64,000 nucleotides of DNA from Lama guanicoe (taxonomy: Eukaryota): contig MU053934.1 in NCBI GenBank assembly GCA_013239625.1, positions 7,709,352 through 7,773,351 of the forward strand, in the 5' to 3' direction. Position numbers and translations under genes: made by a program. Of this stretch, positions 38,302 to 51,200 are shown piece after piece (within the stretch, counting starts at the first letter, position 1; every line of letters begins with the position of its first letter). The notes under the pieces were generated by a model. That model was not told the origin of the DNA and searched no databases. It saw nothing but the letters and a program-made list of their open reading frames with translations.

Positions 38302-39048
38302 CATACTTAGCGGGAAAATGGAGAAACCCTCCCCGAGAGATCAGGAACAAGGTGAGAGCGTCTCTGCTGCCTTCTGCTCAGCCTTGCACTGGAGGTGTCA
38401 GCCCGTGTAGTTACGCAAGTTAAAATCGTCAAAAGGCAGAACAACAGGGCAGGGAGAAATACAACTGTCACTATTCACAGATGACATAACTGTATATCCA
38501 GGGACACAACGAATCCACAGATACAGTATTACGGTAAGAGAATTTAGCAAGAAATCTGGATTCTATATCAATAGGCAAAATCATCCACATTTTCATATAC
38601 CAGACACATAAAATGAATTTTTAGAAGTAATATTTACAATAGCATCAAAAATAGAAAGTCCTAGGAATAAACCTTACAAATGATTGTAAGAGTTCTATAA
38701 AGGAGAGTCCAAAATTTTACTGAAAGATATTTTTAAAAGATCAAAATAAATGGAAATACACTATGCTTATTAATTGGAAGGCTCCAAACAGTAACGATGC
38801 CATTTCTCGCCAAACATCCCCAAAGCTTTTTTTTCCCTCTGTGGGACTTGAGAAACCGATTCAATAGTCAGACAGAGAAAGACAAAAACTGTATGGTTGA
38901 TTTCACCTATATGTGGAATCTAAAAAACAAAACAAATGAAGAAACATAATAAAACAGAACCAGAATTATAGATACAGAGAACAAACAGGTACACTTAAAA
39001 ATGGCTGAAGTGGTAAATTTTAAGTTTCGTGTGTTTTACCGCAAATTT
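38302..39048 (+). mobile_element. LINE-1 ORF2 reverse-transcriptase remnant joined to a 3'UTR piece
   Basis: gatcaggaacaagg (SGTR..) and ctgtcactattcacagatgacataactgtata (LSLF.DD), then tatatgtggaatctaaaaa and cacttaaaaatggctgaagtggtaaatttta. Confidence 0.8.
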
Positions 39049-41585
39049 TTAAAAGCCACAGCACGTACAGCCTGCTGCGGTCTGCCCCCTGCTTGCCCTG
39101 CGCTGCTTGGCACTGAAACCACTGGTGTGACCCATAGGTCTGATATGGCCACGCTGAACTATTTGTAGCCCCCGCGATCCAGTCTGTCCCACGCATCCTT
39201 GCCTTGGTTCAGTCCTGACACCCTCCACACCCCAGCACCCGGTCCAGCACCTGCTCATCTCTTAAGTGCCCTCTTCCTTTTGGGTACCACCATCATTCGC
39301 AAGCCTCTTTCATCGTAATACACACAGTTCTCTAGTGTTCTTATTGGTGTTTATACCATGAGTCTCTTGGGGGCGGAGACCATGTTATTTTTTTTCTCTC
39401 ATTGTGCCTTTAATACCTTGCAACAGTGCATAGTTAGCGCACAGTAATGTTTGCTGGGAAAGCCAATAAACTTATTTTCCCAAAACACTTCAACAGAAAC
39501 CAGCATGATAAACTGCCCCCAAATGGGACGACTCCTGCGTACTTCTGAGAATTCACCTGGAGATGTCCCCCGCGGCACACGGCTGAGTGGCATGTGCCCT
39601 GTGACTCTATTTGAAGATGAACAGATGACTAAATGGTGAATTCTTGTTCAAGTCCAAGCACGGTTTTACTGGAGAATACATCCTTTCTGATATTAGCAAG
39701 TCCTGTTTGGTGAGCTCCCAACAGAAATGCGGCAGAAGGGAGACACACCCCACCCCTGCGGTCACTTTTACCATCTGTAAATGCCGGGACCCAGAGGTGA
39801 AGAGCAGGGGTGCGAGCGCCTGTGAGAACACCTGTCTCTGTCTCATCACCAGCCGGTCGGGCCGGATACTGCTAATCCCATTTCTGTGTCATACTTTCCG
39901 CTGGTTTAGAATTCAGAATGAATTCCTTCAGTGCTTTTCTCAAAATAAACCGGGAGAGTGACGGAGATGCCCAGTGGAATAATAAGAGCCCGTGCAGGGT
40001 CTTTTAGTCCTGCGGGGTCCGGAAGAGGTGACACAGTGCTCGACGCTGGACCAAGTGCCTCCTCCCCCCGCCCTGCCCCCTCCAGACCCGCTCTGCCTGC
40101 TCTTCCTCTGGGACCCTCCGTATTTCCTCCCCTTCCCTCTCCGGATCATCAGGGACGAGGACGGCTGGGTGATGCCGCGGAATCTAGGTGTGGAGGAGGG
40201 AGAGCCCACAGTGTGGGTGAGGAAGCTAGAGGGGCAGGCCGGGCAGGAGGGGAGGGTGCCCTGCTCAGTGCCGTGGAGCCGGGGGGTGGAAGCATTTCAG
40301 GAAGGATGGACCAAACGAGGCAGAAACTAAGACCTTCGCAGCCTCCAGCCACTTCCTGACTGCATCCCTCTTGTTAATAACCTGCCTTTGCTCCTTGACG
40401 GTCACCTCCCCTGGTCCATGAGCTCTGCTGGGCGGGAGCAGACAGATCTTGGTTACCACCAACCCCCCCGAGCACAAACCTATGCGCGGTCAGTCTGTGC
40501 TGATTAAATCAAGAGGGGTTGGATGAAGCTGCGAGGGGCCCTGGAAGTGGCCCTTGGGAGTCCCTGGGCCCATGGAGAGCAACGCCCAGAGCGGGACCAG
40601 AGTCAGCCAGCAGGGAGGGGCCTCTCGGTGAGGGAGGGCAGCTGAGAGGAGAGGCAGGCCGGGGAGAAGGGGGCCTCTGCTCGAATAGGTCAGGCCGCGG
40701 GAGTCTGAAGGCCGGAGGGAAGGGGGTGCGTGGCAGCCAGTGTCAGGCTCTGCCCGTCCCTGGCCCTGCTGCTCTGCCACGTGGGCCGCAGCTCACAGCC
40801 CGGAGTGCGCCCTGCACTCCTTGGCCCGGAGGGCCGCTCTGGAAGGCTGGCCTGGCCTCGGCCGGTCTGCGCGAGTTGCCGGCCTGGGCTGGCACAGACA
40901 ACACTGTGAGGATGGGGGCCGGGGAGAGGCAGCCTCGGTGCTTAACAGGACTGGCAGGCGGGACTTGCCATGGGGCACAGGCCACGAGACAGTGAACACA
41001 GCAGGGAAGTAACCGAATGAAACAAAGTGGAGACAGTCTTCAAAATAAGGTAAAAATACTTCCGTAAAGCAGTTTGTAAATACTTTTTAAAGTGACACTA
41101 TGGTGCCCGGGTTGCAGTATGAAGCGGCGACCCCACCTCCTAGATTCCAGGATGACCCGGGCTTGCCTTTTGGGTCCACTGTCCACTGTCACTGTCGGAG
41201 TGTGTCCACGTGGAGGGTACTTGCCTTCAAAATGTGCTTTCTACCAACTTGGCAGGACAGGAAGAAATACCTCCTTAAATAAAAGTAAGTATGACACCAT
41301 CTTACAGTTTTCCACTTGAATTTTTAATTCCTATCAAACCCGGGATAGACCCAGGAATATCTGTCCGTGTCACTCCTCCAATTACTTATTTTTCTAAAGA
41401 TCAACTGACCTTGACTGAGAATTTCTTTTGAAAACGTATTTTAAGAATAAAATGAGCCACCAAATTGGGTATAAAAAGGTGCTTTCCCATCTCAGTGACT
41501 GGAACTAAACAGCTCAGCCATCCCAGTGATCTCAGAACACTGAAGCAGATCTCCTGTCCTTCTAAGGACATCATCATTGTCTTAC

Positions 41586-41682
41586 CTTCGACAAGTCCGA
41601 CCATCTGGTTTTGGCTTTGGTGACAAGGTGCTGGTGAGCCTGCTCACAGGCCAGCTCTGAATCTGCGACCTTCTGTTTTGGT
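41586..41682 (-). CDS. EFCAB6: EFCAB6 internal coding exon, 97 nt (PKQKVADSELACEQAHQHLVTKAKTRWSDLSK)
   Basis: Poly-T tract with taAG|ACC acceptor and AAG|GTAAG donor; phase 2 to 0. Not in the ORF track; translated by hand. Confidence 0.93.
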
Positions 41683-44600
41683 CTTAAAAGAAAAAAAAAT
41701 TATAAATAATTCTGTTTAAATTTAATGGACTCATTAATCTCCGCTACCCCAGTTTGTTTCAAAGATGCCGTTAAAGTCTGTTACTCACATCTGGTCTAAC
41801 TCAATTCTTAAAACACAGTCTTATTTCCCCAGCTGCACGTTAGGGAAGTCTTCTTAAATTTTGTCTAAGTCCTTGTTTATTTCCAGATAAATGCTGTTCA
41901 ACTTTTTCCCACAGTTCACAAAACAAAAAGGGCTTGCTTATTCTCTGAGGGTCAAAAAAAAACAATATAACATTGTCTTTGGTAGAAAACAACTAAAAAT
42001 TTTAATTTCTGAAGGTACAAGGTGGAGTCGTAACACAGATAGGTTCTGTCTCATCTCATGTTCCAAGACTGGGTCTGTGAGACGCAAAAGGATCAGAATT
42101 TTGTTTCCTCACAGACTGCTGGGCGCTGAAGGCACTTTTTGAAAGACTGTGGCAGGGCCACCGTGAGGCATAGTGACGTCAGTGGCTGAAGGAATTTGGG
42201 GTACACTGGGTTCTTCCACCCACTAAAGCAAATCAGGGGAGCGTGAAACCCCGAAAAACCCTTCACGACCTCTTCCTCGGGGTTGCTTTGCTCGGGACCG
42301 CACTTACTCACGGGCGCGCTGGGTGAGGAGCGCGTCCAGCTGAGAGTGAGGAAGGGGACCCCTGACCCAGGCCCCACAGGGATCCTTGCATGAATTTCTC
42401 CTCAAGGGAACCCGTAAAACCAGGGTGGGGAGGACAGCAAACAAGCCCCAGGTCGCCCTTTTAAAGAAATATTATTTACGTTCCAACAAATGCGCTGCTT
42501 ATAAGGAAAAAAAATCTAGTCAACCAGCAGGCTGCCAGGTGAGAAAATGCAGGAGTTTGTGTGTTCCAGACCACGGCGGTCAAGGGCTTACGTGATCCCC
42601 AAGACGTGATGCTTTGCATCTGACCCTGTGTGTGTGACACTGGGTGGGGAGCCCTGTGTGGGTTCATGGCCCCCGTGAGCTCCGTGACCCGTCAGGCTGC
42701 AACTGTCGGTCACCTGCCATGAAGGATCTGAGTTTTCATAGCAACGCTGGCATTGCTCCCCCACTTTGCAAAAGGGGCGCTGTGGTTTAGAGAGGTTAGG
42801 TAGGCAGCCAAAACTGCACTGTCAGTACCAGGGGTCCTGGCCCTCAAACTCGGGGCCCTCCGATGCCAGAGGCCAGCCTTTCTCACTACCATTTGCATTC
42901 CACCTGAATCTCCAGTTCTGTACCCACCCCCCTCTAACTTCACTCCTCGGAGGAAAGGATCCGTTAGACGGTACATTTCACGGAGGTGAGGCCGCCTTTG
43001 GTTCTTACGCGCTGAGGATCTTCTCAGTTTATGTTTCTATTTCAGTTCAACAAACGCAGTCTTGCCTGAGTGCCGACAGAGCGTCAGGCACTGTGCAGCC
43101 CTGGAGGGTGAAGCCTGCCGCCTCCGCCTGCCGGAGGACATTCCTCCGCCACCCCTCAGTTAAAGCAGACAGCAAGCCCAGGACAGCAACCAGAACCAAC
43201 CGATCAGGAGGTAACAGCTGCTCTTCATGGGCCTCCTCCTTCACATCCCTTCTGAGAAACGGTGGGGCTCTCAGACAGCGATCCTGGACACCCCTCAGAT
43301 TCCCTGATGACCGACAGAGCTCAGTACCCCCTGGTCACTGAGAACGTGGTGGCTCTCCTGACCCCAGAAACCCGCACTGTGCTGTTGACCCATGTGTCAC
43401 GTAGAAAGGGTCTTGTTCAGAGCAACGCTTCCTTGGTGAATTACATGAACTGTGGTTTGGCAAACAAAAATTCTCGTATTTCCTCAGTGGGCAGGGGCTG
43501 AGGACGCGCTGCAGACTGGGCAGGGTCTCCTCCCTCTTCCCAAGCTGCTGCTGACGTGGACCAGATGGGGTCGTGCCTGCTTCCGTTTCCTCCCCAGGCA
43601 GGTGACAGCCTGTGGGGGACCCAGGTGAACTGTGGCTGGCACACCTCCCCTGATTGAGCCTCCCCCTCTTGAGATTCACCAGGGGCTTCCGTCTTGGGGG
43701 GTTTTGTTGACTACTCTGCTACATGTGACCCTGTTAACCATCTCTGTCTTCTCCAGTCGCCTTTGTGACGCTGCAGTTTAAATGACACCCTGGGTGGGAA
43801 CACCCTCCCCAGGGCCGGGCAAACGTGCACCCCGAGTTAGTGAGGCTCTCCCGCTCTGCCTTCCCCCCACCCTCGACGACTCCTCGTTTCTCCTCCCACC
43901 CAAAGTTTACTAACTCTCCTGAGAGGTTACCCTTCTCATGTCCCCAGCTCCCATCCCGACGCTGCTTACCACACCTCTGTACCACCAGCACGGTAACCTC
44001 ACCTGCTCCTCCATTCCATCTCTCTCCAACTGCCTACTGGACCTCACAGAATCATGGAATTTCGAGAGTGGAAAGGGATCCAAAGATCAAGCGTCTCCTC
44101 CTCTACTGCTCCTTTACCACTAAGGCTTTGGAGGGTTGGGAGGATGATGTTGCACAGTCACAACTACTGCCTTAAAGGACTGTAGATCCTAATGATGCGC
44201 AGTTCCCTGCCTTCACTGTCAGGGTCCTCCTAAATCCACCTGTACCCAGAGGACTCACCTGGACTTCCCCTAAGAGGATGGCGGTCCTGAGAGGCATGTT
44301 CTGTCTCTACAAAGTCAACTCGCTATCAAACTGATCTCACTATCCAAACATGTATCCTCAACCCCACATCTTCTCTCAGCCATAAGGCATGATTAGTTTC
44401 CTTAGTGGCCCATGCTCAAATCAGGGACTTCTACTGATTTCCCATTTCCCATTCATTCCCCCCCATCCCATTTCACATCCTTGTCTCCTCTAGAGAGATC
44501 AGAAGGGTTTTCTATGGCCTTTTCCAGAAGCTACTTATTTCCTCTCCTATTGCCTGCCTCTTTAGAGACTGACAAGATCCAGCCTTCCCACCAGCCAGTC

Positions 44601-46754
44601 TGTCAGTCACAGACACACGTGAACTCTTACTGTGTGCTGCTCCAGGTCCTACAACCACAGTGATGAGCAAGGCGGACAGAACCCACGTCCTCAAGGAGCT
44701 CATCCTGTGATGGTGGGAACGTGCAGTGAACACATGAAAAATAAGCAGATCAAACAACTTCAGATACTGAATGTGACCAAGAGTGAAGAACCAAGGCAGG
44801 GTTGGGGGCACTTTGGCTAAGAAGGCCAGAGAGCGATTCCCTGAGACATGCATGATGCAGAGGTGCTGTGTGATCTTGGGGAACAGTATTCCAGGCAGGG
44901 CAAGAGTCCTGAGATGTGCTTTCGGTCCCAGTTAAGGTGGAGTGGGCCAAGTTCATCCTCTCTCTTGTGCTGATTACTTCCAAAAACTCCAGAGAGGATA
45001 CAAAGAGTGACTCTCCGAGGACACTAAACAGTGAGTAACAGGAGGATGATGGAGAGGGAAGTCAAAAGCTGAAGAATGACTTACACAGTGATGAGTTTCA
45101 CTGGGTTTTTTCCTCCCATATTCACAGCTTAAGGACTGCTTAAGGGCAGTCCTAATTCTGGAACTGTGCAGTGGATGTGACAGAAAAAGACCCCAAAGAA
45201 AGCCTACGCTTCTGACCAAAGATCTACACAGGTGAGACCCTGAAGTACAAAGAGTATTGAGGGGTCCCCCATTTTGTCTCTTTTTATTGCCCAATTCCCG
45301 ATCTGAGGGAAGCCCAGTTACAAAACTGCACTTCTATGATGGTGCCAGCAATGGCATTGGCCCAGTCAGTGCCCAAAGCTGGGATTCTTCTCTCTAATCA
45401 GAGGAAATGGTAAAAGGGGTCCCTGTGTTCAAGGTGGCTTGGAGGAATCCCCATTATTTTCTCTCTCTCTTTTTTTCTTTCACTGTGTTGCCCGGGAGGT
45501 GGACCCAGTCATGAGAAGCACTCAACAGCACAGATAGACTAAGACCTAGGATTTTTCAACCAGAAGACCAAAACCAGGGCGCTCCTGGGTGCTGGAATGT
45601 GTGGGGAGAAATCACAGAGAGGAGAGAGCCCGAAAAAGGGATGCCCAGATGCATAAGGGAAGCTCCAGGGGCACCTCTGACGTGCGCGTATGTGAAGCTA
45701 ACCCAAAGCAGCACAGCGAACGCTTTGAGAACTTGACTACAGAGCAGTTAAGACGGGCTCCTGGGTGCGGCACCCGTGGGCTGACCTGACAGGGCGACAA
45801 CGGCTTCGAACGCTAAACTGACATGGAAACCGCAGGAGGCAGGGCGGGACTTGCGTTCTGAAACTAACTGGACTGACTGCTGCTTTAAAAGTAAATAAAT
45901 AAATCAACACACTACCAAGGATTTTAACAGAACCAGCATGTCATAATACAATATTAAAGCTGCCCACGATACCGTCCAAAAACTCAGAATACCCAGATCC
46001 AGGAAAATCTCAACATTTTTCAAGATAAAAGACAACAGGCACCACTTCCAAGATAACCCAGATGTTGAAATGATCATATTTTAAAGCTGCTGTTATGACC
46101 ATAACACAAGAGTAAACATCCTTGAAATAAACGGAAAAGACAAGTTTTGAGCAAAGAAATCGTTTAAACAAGAACCAAGTGGAACCTTTAGAAAATGGAA
46201 AATACAACAACTGAAATAAAATTTTCACTGGATTGGCTCAATGGCAGAATGGAGATGACAGAGGAGTGAGTCAGTGAGCTTGAGAACAGATGACTAGAAA
46301 TTATCTAATCTGATCAACAGAAAAAAAAATATCCCCAGGGACTATGATATGGAGACCTGTGATACAAAGATAAAGGTCAAACATTCATATCATTGGAGCA
46401 CAAAAGAAGAGAAAAAGATGGGTATAGAAAAAATTTTAAAACTTGAGGAAATAATAGCTTAAACCTGCCCAAACTTGGTGAAAAAACACAACTTTACATA
46501 TTCAAGAAGTTCAGCAAACCTCAAAAACATAAACTCAAAGAAAATCATGCTCAAAACACAATGAAAACTACTGAAAACCAAAGGTAAAATATCTTGAAAG
46601 CAACCTGAGAAAAATGACACATTGCATACAGGGGAATTACCATTTGAATGACTGCAGATATCTCACCACACACCGTGGAGGCCAGAAGACAATGGAACAA
46701 CATCTGAAAAGTGATTAACAAAAGAACTGTCAACCCAGAATTCTCTATCCAGCA

Positions 46755-46757
46755 AAA

Positions 46758-46800
<43 letters not shown>

Positions 46801-46838
46801 AATAAAATAAAATAAAATAAAATAAAATAAAATAAAAT
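46755..46838 (+). repeat. Compound microsatellite (AAAT)11(AAAAT)8
   Basis: Perfect tandem repeats read directly from the sequence, inside L1 ORF1. Confidence 0.95.
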
Positions 46839-47662
46839 CTGATAGGAATGAAGGAGCAATGAAGATATTCTTAATGAAGGAAATTAAGGCAATTTGTCTC
46901 CAGTGGACCTTCTCTAAAAGACAAGCTAAAGGAAGTTCTTCAGGGGAAGGAAAATGACAGCCAAGAGAAACTTGGAACTTCAGAAATAAAGGGAGAGAAG
47001 CATAAATGGTAAATACAAACACACGATTTTTCTCAGAATTTCAAAATACATAAAGCAAAAGTTGATAGATGTGTAAGGGGAAATATGACAAATACAAAAT
47101 AACTGGGAGACTTCAACAGTCCCATCTTAGTAACTGATGGAACAAACAGACAGAAAATAAACAACAATCTCCAAGACCTGAACACTATCAACCAACTTGA
47201 TCTTATTGACATTTATAGAACATTCCACCTAACAACAGCCAAATACAAATTCTTTTCAAGTATACATGGAATATTCACCAAGATAGACCATTTCTAGGGT
47301 CATAAAACAAACATAAACAAATTTAAAAGAAATAAAATCATACAAAGTATGTTGTCTAAACTTAACAGAATTAAACTAGAAATCAGTAACAGAAAGATCA
47401 TTGGAAACCATGGAAATACTTTGAAATTTAAAAGCATACTTCTAAATAATCCATGGTTTTAAAAGGAAGTCTAAAAGGAAATAAGGAAATATTTTGAACT
47501 GAATGAAAAAAAAAACTACAAAGTATCCAAATTTGTGAAATGCAGCTAAATCAGGGCCTACAAGGAAACTGACAGCATTAAGGGATTATATTAGAAAAGA
47601 CAGCTCTCAAATAAAACAATCTGAGTTTCCAGCCTAAGAAAATTAAAACAAAGAGCAAACTA

Positions 47663-48832
47663 TAGTTGACCCTTGCACAACACAGGTTTGGACTGTATGG
47701 GTTCAAATTTGCTGATTTTTTTCAATAAATATACTGGAAAATTTTTTTGGAGATTTGTAGCAATTTGAAAAAACTCACAGATGGATTGCATAGTCCAGAA
47801 ATATTTTAAAAATTAAGAAAAAGGTGTGTCATGAGTGCATAAAATATACATAGATACTGGTCTATCCTTACACGGGCATAAAGGGAGTGGTATTTAATAT
47901 AAAGTTAGTCAGGGAGGGTATAGCTCAAGCAGTAGAGTGTGTGCTTAGCATGCAGGAGGTCCTGGGTTCAATCCTCAGTACCTCCTCTAAAAATAAACCT
48001 AATTACCTCTCCCAGCCCCATCAAAATAAAATAATTAAATAATACAATGGTAAATAAATAAAACATTTAAAAAATTAATAATGTGTTAGTTTTCTTACTG
48101 TTTTATAACTTTTCTTTCAAAGAATTACATTACTGTACAGTATGCAGCCCTCAATTGGAGAAACTGTGTATCAGCCTATCAATACAGGTAAGTGTTTTCT
48201 TCAAAGTAACAATGTTTCCAATCCTGTATGATGAATATGACTTTAATGCTGACTGCCATGAAAATTTTATAATGATTTTTTCACTAGCTTGTCAGCAAGG
48301 CTGCCATGAAGCAACTGAATCGATTACACTAGGCGACCATATGGCAATCGTACTGAGCTTCTTTGTTATCAGTGCATGAATCATTACACCTGAAAACAAA
48401 TATGAATTTCTTTTTTCACATAACCTTTTCATTTCTGATGTCCAGTGTTAGTAGCACACATATCACCAACAGCGTTTTGTGTTGTATAAGACAATATGGC
48501 TACGGAAACTGACAGATGATTCATCTCGTACAAAGACAATGGGAACTTACAGTATCGATAAATACAGTACAGTACTGAAAATGTATTTTCACTCTCTTAT
48601 GATTTTCTTAGTAACGTTTTCTTTTCTCTAGCTTGCTTTATTGTAAGAATATAGTACATAATACATATAACATACAAAATACGTGTTAACTGATTTTATG
48701 TTATCAGTAAGGCTTCCAGTTAACAGTAAACTATCAGTAATTAAGTTTTGGGGAGAGTCAAAATTTATACACGGATTTTCAACTGTGCAGGGCGTCAGTG
48801 CCCCTAACTCTGTGTTGTTCAAGGATCAACTT
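47663..48832 (+). mobile_element. Tigger2-family (TcMar-Tigger) non-autonomous DNA transposon, probably Tigger2b-like
   Basis: Terminal inverted repeats tAGTTGACCCTTGcACAACAC...GTGTTGTTCAAGGaTCAACT with TA dinucleotides at both ends. About 1 kb once the nested SINE is removed. Confidence 0.85.
47911..48075 (+). mobile_element. tRNA-derived camelid SINE nested in Tigger2
   Basis: Head GGGAGGGTATAGCTCAAGCAGTAGAG...GGTTCAATCCTCAGTACCTCC plus the aaacctaattacc tail shared with the 14481 copy. Confidence 0.87.
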
Positions 48833-50759
48833 ATACTCAAAGCAAGAAGAAAGCAGGAAATAACAAAGAAGAGAGATCAATGAAATTGAAACAATAGGAA
48901 AAAACTGATGAAACAAATAGCATGGTTTTAAAATTAATTAATTAAAATTAAAATTAATAAACCTTTAGTTACATCAATCAAAAAAGGAGAGAAGACATCA
49001 ACTACCAATATCAGAAATGAAAGAAAGGATATTGCTAAAGACCCCACAGATATTAAAGGAACAGTAAGGGAATACTATGGCCAACTTCATCCCCATGAAT
49101 TTAACAACTTAGACAAAAATGGATCAGTATCTTAAAAGACACAAACTAATAAAACTCATTCAGGAATAGAATAGAAATTCATTCAGGAAGGAACAGAAAC
49201 CTTGAATGATCCTGCAACTATTAAATTAATTAGATTTATACTTAAAATCCTTCTGACAAAGGAAACTCCAGGGTCTGATCATTTCATTGGTGAATTCTAT
49301 CAAACATTTAAGGAAGAGATAACAATTCTGCATGATCCAGAAAATAGAGAGTGGCATTCCTGACTTTTATTCTTTCCTAGAGGTCTTCCAAAAAAACAAC
49401 AAAAATGTATTTATTTTCTTTATGAAATAAAACTCATTCTATCTTGCAATTGTCTAATGGGTCCACTGAACCCTCTTAGATAATGATACATCATGGGGTC
49501 TTAGTGCTCTTGATTTTAATTTACTAGATCTATTTCATTATCCTAAGAAATAGTCATTACTCGTGAATTATTTCCAGTTATGCTGAAAAAAAAAGAGACT
49601 GAAAGAGTAAGAAGGAAATTAAAAATGATGGAATCTCCTAGCAGGATGATACGATATTGAAATGAACCGCCAATACGTCACCCTTCAGTTTTCTGATTGC
49701 ACCGTCCAGAGTGTCACAGCATCTTTCAAGAAGGTGTAACAGAAGACAGTGACACCATCCTTGCAGTCGGACGTTAGACTCACTGAACGTAGTGGAAAAT
49801 TCAGAATTCTTATCTCGTGTCCAAATGGCAAAGGAAGAACACTGAGAGACGAGACATTTCACAATTATTAGACTAACCAGAGGACGATTAAGACAAATCC
49901 CTTGATGAGTGAATGACATACGTCTAAGAACAATAGGGAAACATGTTACTTTCATTCAGTTAGTCATTCATCAGGAGGGACTTGATCATACACTGTTTTG
50001 TGACAACTAGACCATCTGATTTTGCTAAAAGGACCCTCGACAGTACTCTTTCATCTTTTATGATGTACATGAACAAAAATGTACTTGATGAGGGCTGTCA
50101 GGAAATCAATGGATGAGGCCCGAATGTTTTAAACAAGGGAATCGACCGGAAGGGAACAGATGACGTAAACGAAACAGGCCATTGGACCAATCATTCTAAC
50201 TGGTATTTATACATCTAAAGACAAAGATGCTTTGTAGTTATGATGCAAACAAGATGGTCTCTCTCTCTTCAGCAAACGTATAAACCTTCAAAGTTTTCAA
50301 AAGTATTGCGTTTTGATGACGTGAGTGGAAAACGAGGGCCCAGAGGGGCCCAGCTGAGAGGGCAGGATGGCTTCCAGAAAGGGATGGCGTCCAGGTGTGG
50401 CTGGTGGAGAAAAGTGAGGTTGGGGAGGGTGAGAAGTCGAGCTCTCCATGCAGAGAAAGCGGCCCCTCCCAGCAGGCGTCCTGGGGTCCATCTCTGCCCC
50501 ACCACCCATCACCTGGGTCCCTCTGGACGAGACTTTAACTCTTCTCTAGACCCCATTCCTTCGTCTGCAAAGTCAAGGAGAAATGCCTCCTTGAAGGGCT
50601 GCTGGGTATTAAAAGACACATCCTCACAAAGCACACGTTTGGCGTGGGGCCCTGGGGAGGCGTGGCTCTGAGGCAGCGCCTTCGCTGGGGTCTCAGAGCT
50701 CTGTCTCCACCGGACCCTTGGAGCCCAGGCTGAGTCTCTCTGGGATCCTGCTCGCTTCC

Positions 50760-51200
50760 TCGACGTCCATCCTCTCCTCTGGGGCTGCTGAAGGAAGTGA
50801 GCCTCCGCGTATAAAATCTTCTCCAGCCCACCGACAGAGGATGAACGCCTTAGCCCGGCACTCAGCGGGGTCACAGCGGTCCCGCGTCCCTCCGCGCGCG
50901 CACCGCCTCTCCCCTGCGCATGCGCTTCTGCGCCTGCATGCTCCGCCCACTTCCTGAGTGGGTCCCACACTCCCGCCCCGTGGTTTTGCAAATGCTCTTC
51001 ACTGGCCTTGAACCACCGTCTCGTAACCTGCACGTGCAAACTCCCACTCCCACCTCAAGGTCCAGCTGAAATGTTCCACTTTTCTTGTGCGCCTCAAGCA
51101 GGCTCCGCCTCTCCCCTCCCTGCGGCACTTCAGACATCCCTGTGTCTCAATGTGGCTCTTTATTTTTGTTTCTGCCCCGACCTCTCAAAGGGCGTGGTCG
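50760..51200. promoter_or_regulatory. Candidate intragenic CpG-type promoter (NRF1, GC boxes, ETS)
   Basis: TGCGCATGCGC at 50915-50925, CCGCCC at 50943, CACTTCCTG at 50948, CCCGCCCC at 50972, AGGAAGTG at 50792, and a CpG-dense core at 50860-50980. Confidence 0.55.

Larger units (their letters stand above)
44940..49340 (+). mobile_element. Old LINE-1 remnant (5'UTR, ORF1, ORF2 endonuclease region), interrupted by Tigger2 and a microsatellite
   Basis: ORF1-like gaggccagaagacaatggaac and tgtcaacccagaattctctatccagcaaaa. ORF2 EN motifs ctgggagacttcaac (GDFN) and ccaagatagaccat (KIDH). Many stops and frameshifts. Confidence 0.85.
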
